From Antedon mediterranea (lineage: Eukaryota > Animalia > Echinodermata): 64,000 nucleotides of DNA. Location of the stretch: contig NC_092678.1 in NCBI RefSeq assembly GCF_964355755.1, positions 23,763,365 to 23,827,364 on the forward strand. The letters are read 5' to 3'. The notes under the pieces are model-generated. The model made no database searches, was not told the DNA's origin, and saw nothing but the letters and a program-made list of their open reading frames with translations. The position numbers were made by a program, and so were the translations under genes. This document shows positions 37,110-48,839 of the stretch, piece after piece; the stretch's first letter is position 1; every line of letters begins with the position of its first letter.

Positions 37110-38474
37110 TTTCTCAAACGTTAAATATATTTTCCCCAGAAAAAAAAGTAAACTCTACACCAAATATGAATCCTGTTCGTGAGAAGTACAATTTATCACT
37201 AATGTCCAGTGGCTAATATTAAGAAAGAACTGCCAGCACCAAAAGCTGGTCAAAAATATTAGGCGTTCAGATCACTGCGTTTACAGATTTTGTTCGCATT
37301 CCAAAGTCATCGAGTCATTTTCAACTGAAGCTATTGGCCAAATATTGTTGCTCTAAGCTGTAGGACTTCTTGGCATCACTACTTTCGATGTACGTTTTTA
37401 ATTTCAGTCTCAGCATGGGCACTGAACCTGTAATCTATACGAGTTTCATTTCTACGTCATCATAATACATGTTTTTCGAGAACTTTGAGTAATCGGGGAA
37501 AGTTAGGAGCGATGTACTGTGATAAAGAAACCAATGACGTATACAAACAATAATCTAGTTAAATAACATTGTATGATATGAAAAATGCAATCCCAATCGG
37601 AAATGATCGGGTATTCGTTTATTCTGTAACAATGCATCGGGAAAGTTCGAGTTTTCACTTTTTGGCTCTCTTATCTTGAATAATATACAAAATATAGCAG
37701 AAATAAAAATATAGGGTAATAAAAGTTTTTGACCGACACCTTGGTGAGAGCATCCAGGCATCATGCGTATTAACTATTACGCGTTTGAGACAAAACGCTT
37801 ACAAAAGCTAATTAGAGAGGTTGTTCGTGCGCTGCGCACACGTTTATCAAATCTAAGAATTTGACCAATGTATTTTGTGCCTGGTAGAGAGAAATCTATA
37901 AAAACTTGAGGAAATTGATAATTTCCACGCCGACATTTGGTGTCTGATTATATGATTAATAACTTGTAGCCTGCTATTAATTACCTATTCTAAAATGAAT
38001 GAATAGTCGTTGTAGTTCCTAATTTCTTTACTTTTTGATATAAAAAATGCAAAAACATTGTTTGCAAACTAAGGTTGTTTGTACGTTGTTTGCAGCTACC
38101 AAAACAATCACAGTTTTCATATTCATTAAGAAATTAATTTATATCATGTTTTTTCTCAAAAACCCAATCATGCATGACCTATTTTGTCTGCAAAAAGGTC
38201 TTTGAAGAAGTGATTATGACTTCCTTTTATGAGGGCGCTATATACAATATTTTGTTCACAACGTTGGTGTGTGCAGTTACCTGGAAATTCTGATAAATAC
38301 ATGAAATTATCAGGTTTGAGGATAAATAAAACCTTTTTTTGTTATAAATATTAATTACGATTTTGAATAAGATCAGGTAGATCAGGAAAATTGTTGATAT
38401 TTTGTTGTTAAATGGTTGATAAAAGGGATTTAATGAAAAGTTAAGTGACGTGTTGATGTCCACGACAAAACAAG

Positions 38475-40177
38475 ATGGCGTCTTCCACAACAGAAACAAC
38501 ACTAAAAGTTCAAATGAAAATGGAGCATATTCGAACTGCACTTACAAAAGGCAGTGTTGTTATAAAGGCAATATGTGCAGGACTTCTTTTGTTTTACTTC
38601 TTTTCGATTTTTATTGAAAAAGAGAATCTTATGAATGCATTGTCCGTCACACCTGGACTGGTGTTTCCCCCAAGTTTTCATGTGTGGACACTTCTGACAC
38701 ACCCATTCGTAGAAATTCATATTTGGAACGCACTTGTAGGTGTTCTTGCTGTAGCCATATGTGGAAAATTTATAGAACCAGTATGGGGAGCCTTGCAAAT
38801 GCTCATATTCTTTGCTTTGATCACCGTTGGCTCATCAGTTATGTCTTCTTTGGTTTATTTGTTCATCTACATGGGGTCTTCGAATATTTATTATCTTTTT
38901 GACACACACTTTTATGGAATGACCGGAACAATAGCCGGAACTACTGTAGCTTTGAAACAATTGATAGGGGATCAAGAATTACCGACAGGTCCATTGAAAT
39001 TATATGTAAAAGACATTCCGCTGTTATATCTCTTAATGTCTGTCATCCTGAAACTGGTCGGCCTTGTCTCTGGAACACATCCTTGTTTTGTCGGATCAGG
39101 TAATTATTATAAAGATATTACTGTACATTTACACTTTTATTTCGGTTTCTTCGAAATATGTGGGTAACTGATTTTGTTTACATACAACGTTACATCAAAC
39201 ATGCATCAACAAATTGTATTCCATAAAAATAATGAAATATAATATACTGTAATAAATTGATCCTGTATTTAAATAATTCTTAATATTTCATAAAGTTTCA
39301 TTTGTCATTTTGTTTTCATTTTACCATTGAATTACAGGAATATTTGTAGCTTGGGTGTATTTGCGATTTTACCAGAAACAATCTGACGGTAAGATACTAG
39401 GGGATATGTGCGATCACTTCAGTTTTGCCAGCTTCTTCCCAGAAATAATACGACCACCGATCGCAGTCTTTTCCAATACAGGTTTGTACAATACTATAAT
39501 ACAAGTGAGAATCAATATCATAAGGCATTTAATGAATATGCAGACCATCTTAAAATTATGTTAAGTTTCGAGAAATCTATTCTCATCATCTGAACTACAA
39601 TATTATATTGCTAATAAATTTTTTAACAAATTAGGAACCATTCTCCAAATGATTTATTAAAATAATTTAAATGAGATTTTTAAATTTCACTGTAATTTTT
39701 TTTTACAGTTCATGGATTTTTGGTTAAAATCAAAGTTTGTAAGAAACAAGTAAGGAAATACGATGTTGGAGCGCCCTCAGCTATTACAATCACCCTTCCT
39801 GGTACGGACCCCGCTGATGCAGAAAGAAGAAGGTAGGGTACAGTTATTGATCAACATGGTGATTGGCCATTAACCTTCTCAACATTTTATCATTTTGGAT
39901 TTGATAAATTGTATAATAATTAATGAGTGTCATACTTAATGTTTTTGTATTTATTCTTATGCTATTTTTTTAAACATTCAGACAACTCGCCTTGAAAGCA
40001 TTGAATGAACGACTGACTCGTGTTGAGCAACAAACAGAATGGCCTAGCATGGATGATCAGCCAAGCACGTCGGACGATGCGAGCCAGCCTCCAAGTCTAA
40101 AAGAAGAAGCAGTGGCTGATAAACAAGACGTACTCGTTGATATCGAAGGAAGCGCTACAGGAATGACGAGTACGTGA
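38475..40177 (+). CDS. TMEM115: Transmembrane protein 115 (Golgi, rhomboid-like)
   Basis: Exons 38475-39099, 39338-39481, 39709-39832, 39982-40177. Motifs WVYLRFYQ, GDM..HFSFASFFPE, RKYDVGAPSAITITLPGTDPADAERRRQLALKALNERL. Confidence 0.95.
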
Positions 40178-42356
40178 CAACCAATCAACCGGAGTTTAAC
40201 GCCGGATCTGTGTGAAAAGGATATATTAATGTTTTAGAGATATAGTCTGTGCTATTTGAAGGCCAGACAGTCAAACTTACAATAGTCAGTAGACTAACAT
40301 CAACTAGGCTTCAACTGCTAAGAAAGCTGAATAACATAAAAATAATTCAAGGTGCACTTTTACAGAAGTACAGTTTGTGAGGAATGTAATTCAAACTAAG
40401 ATTTTCCCTCACAGTAACATATTCAATGATAATTGATATATCATTAATTAATACTGTACACTGTATGTATCACATAAAACATGTAAAAAATATTTTCTTA
40501 CAGATGTTAATTAACCTCACTTTCCCTGATACAGTTTGTTCTCCCATGTGCTGGCATCCCTGTGCGAGAGTTTGATTCGAACCTCGATCTCACGATCAGT
40601 AGTTGAATGCCTAACACACTGCGCCATACACCCTTACAAGTTCATAGGCAAAACTCTACTATTTGAATCAAAGGTGTTGTATACAAACTATAGTGTAAAT
40701 GTATGCAGTATACAATATTAGGTACATGATGTACAGTAACTATATCAACCAGATGGATTACTATATATTTAAATTTATAGATTTTTATTACAGTATTGAT
40801 ATATACAAAAATGTAAAATTTGTTTATTAACTTGATAAATATTATATTAACCAAGCTATTGAATCTAAGCAATATGTGCGAGTAAAATCTAAGTAAAAAC
40901 GTGTTATTGTAAGGCAGTATGGTAACAACGTAAGCTAGGATTTAACCTGTAGTAGGCTGGCATCCCATCCAGGGAGAGGTCACACCCTGTCGACCTATTA
41001 GCAACTATGATTGAATCACTTGGACATTTTAACATTTATTTTGTTTTTTTATATTTTAATTGGGTCTTTATAATTATTATTTGTCATTTTAAAATGATTC
41101 TGGTAATAGATTAGATTATTTTTAATGCTCATAATTATACAGTACATGCATATAGATTAAATTCCATCCCTTTTGTATTTTGATGCGACTGAAAATTGTT
41201 ACCCGTGTGTTGTCCTCTGTCCTTATATACAAGAGGTAGAATTACATACGTTGGTACTTGCACATTTGTTGTTTTTGTGATGTCATGTTGAACCAGTAAA
41301 CTCATGACAAGCTCCATTTTTTCCCTAGTGGTCTAGCCTAACGTATTGCACACATCGATTGTACTGTACTCTCCTTTCACAATGAATGCCAAACAGTTAC
41401 TGTATTATATATGAATAATATACTGTACATAAATTGATTTTTATAGGCTTTCATTTTTTTTTTTTAAATTTGTACCCCTTCCCTTATTTTGAAATTGACA
41501 ACACAAGATTTTAATGCCTAAATACTGTAGTGTTAAAACATGTTGACCTTTGTTAGTTCCTCAGGAAATAAATTTTTATTTATTTTAATTGCTTAATAAT
41601 GGAAAATACAAAAGGTTATGTAGCAAAACCTAGGTGGTAAAAAGAGGCTTCTTAAAGCTCTGTCTGCACTATCAAACCTTGACAAAAAAATGTGATGTGC
41701 CCATATATAGACATGATGATGTCATATCACTACCATATTTGGGCACATTACACTTTTTCTCACACTATTTTGATAGTGTACACAAGTTTTAAGGTTGGTG
41801 GAATAAATGTTGGCTACTTGCCCTATTACCATCCACAAATGTCAAAACTAAAAATAATTCAAAATCAATTAAAATATTTAAAAAATGTTTTCAAATGTTT
41901 ATTCAGGCATTGTACTAACATGCGGCAATGCTATCAACATAACATAAACATGTTTTAGAATTATTCATTCTAGTTAATTTACTTGATTTGTATAACTAAA
42001 ATGCTTATAATTAAAATTGAATCAAACTGGTTGTCAATTTTGTGTTTTACAATGACACACATTCATAGTTAGCAGTTCCGTGACATTTATTCTTCCGATA
42101 TGATTGTAACCGTTGGTCAAAGGTTATACGAGAACTGCTTAACAGTTAGCTTCAAGGTCAAAGGTTATAAGAGGACAACAGTTTTAGCTTCAAAATTATA
42201 GGCAAAACGTTACTATTTAAAATGAAATAACTGATTGTATTTGGCACTATAAAATTGCTATGACGATGATGATGAATTGCAATAAGTGAAACATGATATA
42301 TGATTTAAAAATACAATTTTCTGTGCATTTTGGGAATAAAAATGACCATAATTATA

Positions 42357-45300
42357 TTATTTCATCTTGGTGGTGACCTCTATGACTCGTGGTTTGTCGA
42401 TAACTTTAGCTTTTCGTTCTCCTTTTTCAACTATTCCAATTATCCACGCCGTGTGGCCATCGACTCGTTCAATTTCCTTGCAGTAGGCGGCAGCTTGTTC
42501 TCGTGGGAAGGCGATTAGTAGGCCTCCTGTTAAAAAAGGAAATAATGAATAAAAAATATATTAGAAAAATTTATTTATTCATACATCCTTTCTAATGATG
42601 GTGTAATTAGTGATTTAGCAAAGCTAACCTGATGTTTCTGGAGAAACTCCCTGCGTAAGTTTAAACGTATTACCATACGATGAAAACTGTTGAATAGCGA
42701 ATGGTTTGGCAACGGATGACATCTTTCCAATCACTGGTAGATTGTGGATGACAAAGTTCACATCGTTTCGTTGATTTTTAACTAATTGTTTTGCTGCGCC
42801 TAGTATTCCATATCCATCAACGTTTGTAGCACCGTGTGCGTTAAACTTTCGCATCGTGTCTGCAGCTGTATAAAACAGAGAAATGATAGCAACACTGTTA
42901 AAGCTTGTATCATCTACAAACGGCGTTTGTCTTTAACAAGTTTGCCAATAACTATATACAATATACAATCAATACCGGAATATGGAAAACCTTCTTTTCT
43001 TGAGATCCAAAAGGTACCAAATTCATTTTTACTATTAAAAACCAATTCCGAATACCATACAATTCCAGAAAACCAGACATATTAGGCCAGCTTAAAAGTG
43101 AGAGTTGAATTAAAAATAAAACTTTGTATTGTTTATATTCTTCTGGAAGATAAAGAATTAATAGTTATATGGCCGAGCGGTTAAGGCAGGGGCGCCGTTT
43201 ACCGTATCTAAAGAGCCAACAACAACATCGGCAAGGGTTCGAGGGCGACTCGCTCCTAGTTCTGGTGGTGGAACAAGTCTTCTCGGATAAGGACTATAAA
43301 CCGTAGGTCCAGTGTACACAGTTATAACCTGTGTGTACTTTAAAGAACCCAGTTCATTATTCGAAAAAGAGTAGGGGGTTACCCCGGTGAACTGGTTCAC
43401 ACAATAGCCCCTGTATCAGGAGGATTACCACCTATCTGATAGGACAGTGATTAATTCACTATTGGTAATCCTTGGCCACATTGCCTAAAGACATAAAATA
43501 AAATAAAATAAAATAGTTAAAATCTGCCTACCATTGTTGTTCAGTCTAGCCATGTTATACATAGCTTCTTGGTAGGCTCTTTCTACGTCTTCAGCAGCAG
43601 CTATTGGCTTGATTCGGTTCCATTTGTCTGTCAACTCAAGGAACTGATGGACTTGTACTGCGACACTGGTTCCTAGTGGTTTGGTCAAAACAAGAACATC
43701 TCCAACAATAGCACTGTCTGGCCTAAAATTACAAAAATGTTTAATTTATTTAGTGCACACCTACAGTGAGTTAATAATAATAATAATATAACCCATACTT
43801 TGTAAACTAATGCTCTGTTACACTATCAAACTAGTTAGACAAAAAATGTGTGATGTGTCAAAATATGGTACGGTAGTTATGGTACGGTAGTTATGTGACG
43901 TCACTGTGTCCAATGGACAGCGCATCACATTATGTTGTCATGTTGACAGTGTAGACAGAGCTTAAGACTTGATATGAAAGGCTTAGGCCGAGTTGTCTGG
44001 CATGAACAAATCCATTAAGACATACGTGATAATATCATGAGGGGGTATGATAACTGTGGTCGTTCCTCCAACCACACACCATGGGTTCAAATAGGTCCTT
44101 CCAGCAATCACATCCGTTTTTGCTTCTTTTGCCATATCCTGTAAAAAGAATAGTCTTATATAAATAATTTTTATTATTTGATTTGTTAATTCATTCTGAC
44201 TTCTGAGGACGTTCGAAGTATATTGATTGAAACGTTGAGAAACCCAACAGTTCTTTTCAGAACTATATACACGTAGTGTACCGAAAAACTTGATATCAAC
44301 ATATTATTATCTAATTTGAATATAAATCATTTTTATCATGATTAATGGATTGCACTGTAGAGTAGTTGCCAGACTATTCCATTTTTCTATGTGGGTGGTA
44401 TACTTTATCTTGGTATGTAGGCACAGACTAAACACTGCTGTAAAGATACTTACTTTAAAACCCTGAACAATCAATGGAGCTATTGCGTCTCTTTCCTTGT
44501 CAGAAAACTTATTTGGAAGACCAAGTTGCATGACAATTGTGTCACATTTGAGAATTCCAATTGCATACAAGTCACCGAGCGTACTGGAGCAGGCTATTTT
44601 ACCCTGGAAATTAAAAAAAAAAAGATTACTAAAAAAAGATATCTATCGGTAAATGACTCACAGTTTTAAACTGAGAAGAATGACTGCAGTTACTGCAGTA
44701 TTGGCGAATGACTGCTAGTTACTGCAGTAATTACTTACCATCATATAGGGATCATCCACCAATGCTGGACTCATATTTGTGCTTTGAATCATGCTAAACC
44801 CTCCATTGCAAGGCCTAATCCCAATATGCGAGTTCTCACCTACAGAAAAAAAAGGAAATCAAATTGGTTCAAATCAAATACTACTTACACTAGTACTACC
44901 AAAACTAGTTTACGACCTACATACAGTACATAGTTCATTTGTAAACAAGACAACATACATAAAATCAAATATAATTATTATTATTTAATATTATTGTAAT
45001 AAATAAATGTAGGCAATTTATGTAACAAGGCCTATTGAAATTTATTTTATATTTAGTATATTGACTCCCTCCCCAACCCTCTCAAATTAAAATGAAAAAA
45101 AAAAACAAATGAAAAAAAAACAAACCCCAATATCATTATGTAAACAAAAACAAACAAAACCTCGTGGGACCAAGCACCGGGAACCATAATACTAGTAGTA
45201 AGGCTTTCTCAAGCACTTCCTATTCCTAGCCCACAAAACACAGAACAAAGCATGAAAATCGCCATGAAGTATGCCTTCCAATAATTGTTAAAAATTGTGA

Positions 45301-45761
45301 ACAATGCTAGGATTAAATCAACTATTAAACTATTACCACAGTTTATGCGTTTATTTATTATATGTTTTTAGAATTAAAATCATAAATTATGTGTAAAATA
45401 GAAGCAGACCGTTTGATGTGTGAATCAAAAAATCTACTTGATATCAGGGTACGAAAAGGCACCCAAGCCTACTCAAAATGAAGTTAGCCAATCAATTTCC
45501 CAGTGTTTACAAATGTTTTAACGGTGTAAACATTGACTTACCAAGTTGTGGTACAATGGATTGAGGTTGATCAAGCAAGCCCATGGTATTTTGATCTTGT
45601 GCAAGAAGTTCGTTTTCCTCATCTTTGAATATCTTCAGTAGTTTATCTGTAGAATCCTCCGGCAAGGAGCAAGCAGACCCTTTCAAATCCACAGATTTCG
45701 ACATGCGAAATGACTTGTCTAAATCGTGGTCTTCTGGGTTAAATATAGGTCGTTGGGCCAT
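42357..45761 (-). CDS. SEPHS: Selenophosphate synthetase-family protein lacking most catalytic residues (SPS1-like pseudoenzyme), 393 aa
   Basis: Exons 45542-45761, 44739-44839, 44454-44603, 44026-44138, 43532-43722, 42629-42865, 42357-42526, all in phase with no stops. Motifs [62 protein letters not shown]. Confidence 0.92.
43168..43475 (+). mobile_element. tRNA-derived SINE with Meta-like central domain, in an SPS intron
   Basis: A-box TGGCCGAGCGG, B-box GGTTCGAG, core GGATAAGGACTATAAACCGTAGGTCC...TTAAAGAACCC. Confidence 0.7.
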
Positions 45762-47162
45762 TTTCAGGGTTTTAATACGTTACAAAATGGACAATTAAAC
45801 ACTAAAAAGTTAATAATTTTCAAAAGACGGTACTAATTAGGTGCAATTTGTAAATAATCTTGACGGTAACGAAATTATATTTCAACCACACTGATAAATC
45901 CCCGCGCTAGGGTCGGCGAGTACCGTACCAGATTCTACAACAGCTTGACCTATGCTTCCCACAATGCACCATTTTGACGCCCTCGTACGAGGTTAAAATA
46001 CTGTGTAGAATTTTAACAAGCTTTTCCCAATAATTCGCATAAAATAAAACAATTTTCAGACAACATACAATTCAAAATTAATACTCTGTATTTTTATAAA
46101 CTATTTTAGACCTATTCAAATGTGTAATGATAATCATAAATGTGATTTAAAGCAATAAAATGTTAATATTTATTATTAGTAGCCTAGGGTGTTCGTAACA
46201 TTTATTTAGTAGCTAAAGGGGCTTCCTTCACCTTATTCCTGGATTCTGATAACATAGGGAAAATGATAAATATAGGAATGACATCTTCAAATGAATACAA
46301 ATAAAAAGAGCCCAGGTTTTGATTGTCTTATATATAATTTTATGTATTATCTATGCTATAAGCGCGCTTACCTGTATTTATTTAATTATTTTTTAGGTAA
46401 AAGAAAACAGTGGTGGATTCAGAGGGAGGGGCGCACCTTCTGAAAACAAACAAAAAACACATTTAGGCCTAAAGCCTTAACACTCTTTCACTATGTATAT
46501 TATTTAACATAACTAGGCCAACATGATAACTTCGAAGTCACGTCACTTTTTGAAATGTTAGAGGAAGGACCAGCTAGGCCTACTACGGCTGAGCTGAGAA
46601 ATTGAAAAATAGAGCTGCTAGGTCCCCTGAAATTATAGCCTATTTACTTTATTGGCAACAAAAACAGCATAAATATAAACAATCATTTTTGTTGACAAAA
46701 GGTGATAAGATTTAGTTAAAAGAAACTAATTGCACGTATACATGAAAATATGAAACGAAATTATAAGTCTACAGGACCAGTCCACCATGCTTGGTGGAGC
46801 TAATAATTTTGAAAAATTCGAAATATGGATAGAAAGAATATAAGTCTCCACGACCAGCCCCTGCCTATCAAATTAACTTGACTCTCTAAATATCTCTTTA
46901 AAAAAAAAAAAAAAAAAATTATATTTATTAAAAAAATAATTCCGTAGAGATTCGAACCCCAGCTAGTAGAGTTGAGAGAATTCAAACAATAGGCTAGTTC
47001 ACAGAGCACTACCCGTTACGCCACAAGTACACGAGCAATGAATAGTGACAATAGGATATTCTTAAACGCGCTTCATATTACGTCATTCTAATCGTTACGT
47101 CATAATTTGCATGACGTCATTTTGAAGAAACGAATCTAGTTTTAACGTTGACATAAACCAGA

Positions 47163-47400
47163 GGGCCGGATAGCTCAGTCGGTAGAGCGTCGTGGAACAC
47201 GATTATCATGGGTTCAAACCCCATGCCGGTCGGTGGAAAAGAGTTAAAGCTATGCGAGCTTCTGTGTTTGGGGTTCACAGATTTAAACGTCCCCCTTTCC
47301 ACCACACATTATGAGGCGATAACATCAAAGCATCTGATGTGTGGTACCCCCAAGGCTGTGAGAGAGCCTTACCGTGCTAGAGGCAAGGGAGCACACCATA
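47163..47400 (+). mobile_element. tRNA-derived SINE
   Basis: GGGCCGGATAGCTCAGTCGGTAGAGCG...GGTTCAAACCC head with a degenerate anticodon arm, followed by a GC-richer body. Confidence 0.6.
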
Positions 47401-48839
47401 TTTTTTTTCTGTGGCTTCCCGCCTCCTTTCGATGTGGTAAATTTTATGTTTGGCGCCCTCAATTTTAATGTCGGAAAAAAGGGAATTGTAATTCTCTTCG
47501 TTACGTGTTTGGAAGATAATTTATATCTCATCGTAGTTTGGTATGTCGTGCGTTGTTATGCAAATGAGTTTGTGCAGGTGAAGTAGGAAAGCTATGGTAT
47601 TGTTAGTCATTCGCTGACAACACGCCACACTGTTACATTTTGATTCTGTTAATCTTTTCCATTTTAGAACCAGTCACCACTGAATGAGGACCTGTGGTGG
47701 CGAAGCGCGAATTTTGTTGAATGACACCCCTAGATGATACTCTAACACGTAAAATTCATGATAAATGGCCCCTAGGGCACATCTCTCTGCTAACATCAAA
47801 GACAATTTGGAATTAGTAGGTGGTGTAAAACTAGCTAACCCCAATGATATTTATGTGATTATTTTTACCATATCACTAAATGCGTCTTTTTTCCTTTCAT
47901 GCATTCTTAATAAGCAAACACGGCTCTCTGTGGCCTATAGAAATTTTCTTTTGTTAAAGAAAAATATTACGACAATCCCGAAATAATAAACACGGTAGTG
48001 AAGGTCGTCAAAATTCCCTAAATATTTTAGTTGACAAAACTCCTAATCTTATATTTTTGTCTGCTGTATTATTCTTTCTTTCTGTCCATCTTTTGTTCGC
48101 GTTTCTCTAAACCTTGTAAACATTTTGAATTTGAATTTCTTCATTTAGTAAATTAAAACACAATTACAACACACGGAAATAGCAAGGGCCAACTTTTTGG
48201 AGTAAAGATATGTGTATGTTTAAAATTAAAAATCTTAATTTCTGATCAATTTCACGCACGGTTCCAGTTTTAGGACATTTTGAGCATTTCAACAATTGTT
48301 TTTAAAAGTTACTTAATTCGTTGATTCAGAATGTATAGCGAATTTATGTTTTGTGTTCCTGACATGAAAGTAAATAGTGTTATACTGTATATATTCAATA
48401 GCTTGATTTGTTGTCATCGAACACTATGGCAGCAAACCAGAAGGAAGAAGAATAGTTTAATTAGAAATTCCTGCTACCCAACAAACTTGCTATCCCGCAC
48501 CGTATTGAACAATGCACGCCGCGACCGCATGTAAAGAATATAACTCATAGGCCTACTTGGTACAGTTGGCCTATTGTTATGCATTTTTTGCATTATACAT
48601 GGTTACGCATATATTATTAAACATTAAAGGATTTTTGACGTCACTGGGCAGTCTGCAAACCAATTTTGCAAAACACTGACTCGTCAATTATTTGTATGGA
48701 AGTCGAGTTCGTGGAAACAGCTCTTTCATATAGCGTCGTTGCAGCCCCATAATTCGTTCGTAGTTATAAATCTATAGGTTTATAGCTAATTTGTCATATG
48801 AATTATTTTCATTTTAAAAAATCCACAGAAATAGAAAGG

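Noticed and set aside
41950-42356. SECIS element in the SPS 3' UTR
   Set aside because: No convincing ATGA..AA..GA kink-turn by eye, and the ORF has no in-frame TGA. SECISearch would settle it.
46975-47012. tRNA-Sec next to the SPS gene (TTCAAA..ACAGAG resemblance)
   Set aside because: No D-arm, T-arm or acceptor stem on that strand. The A/B boxes are on the opposite strand.
47163-47236. Functional tRNA gene
   Set aside because: The anticodon arm and acceptor stem do not pair, and the sequence continues into a SINE-like body.
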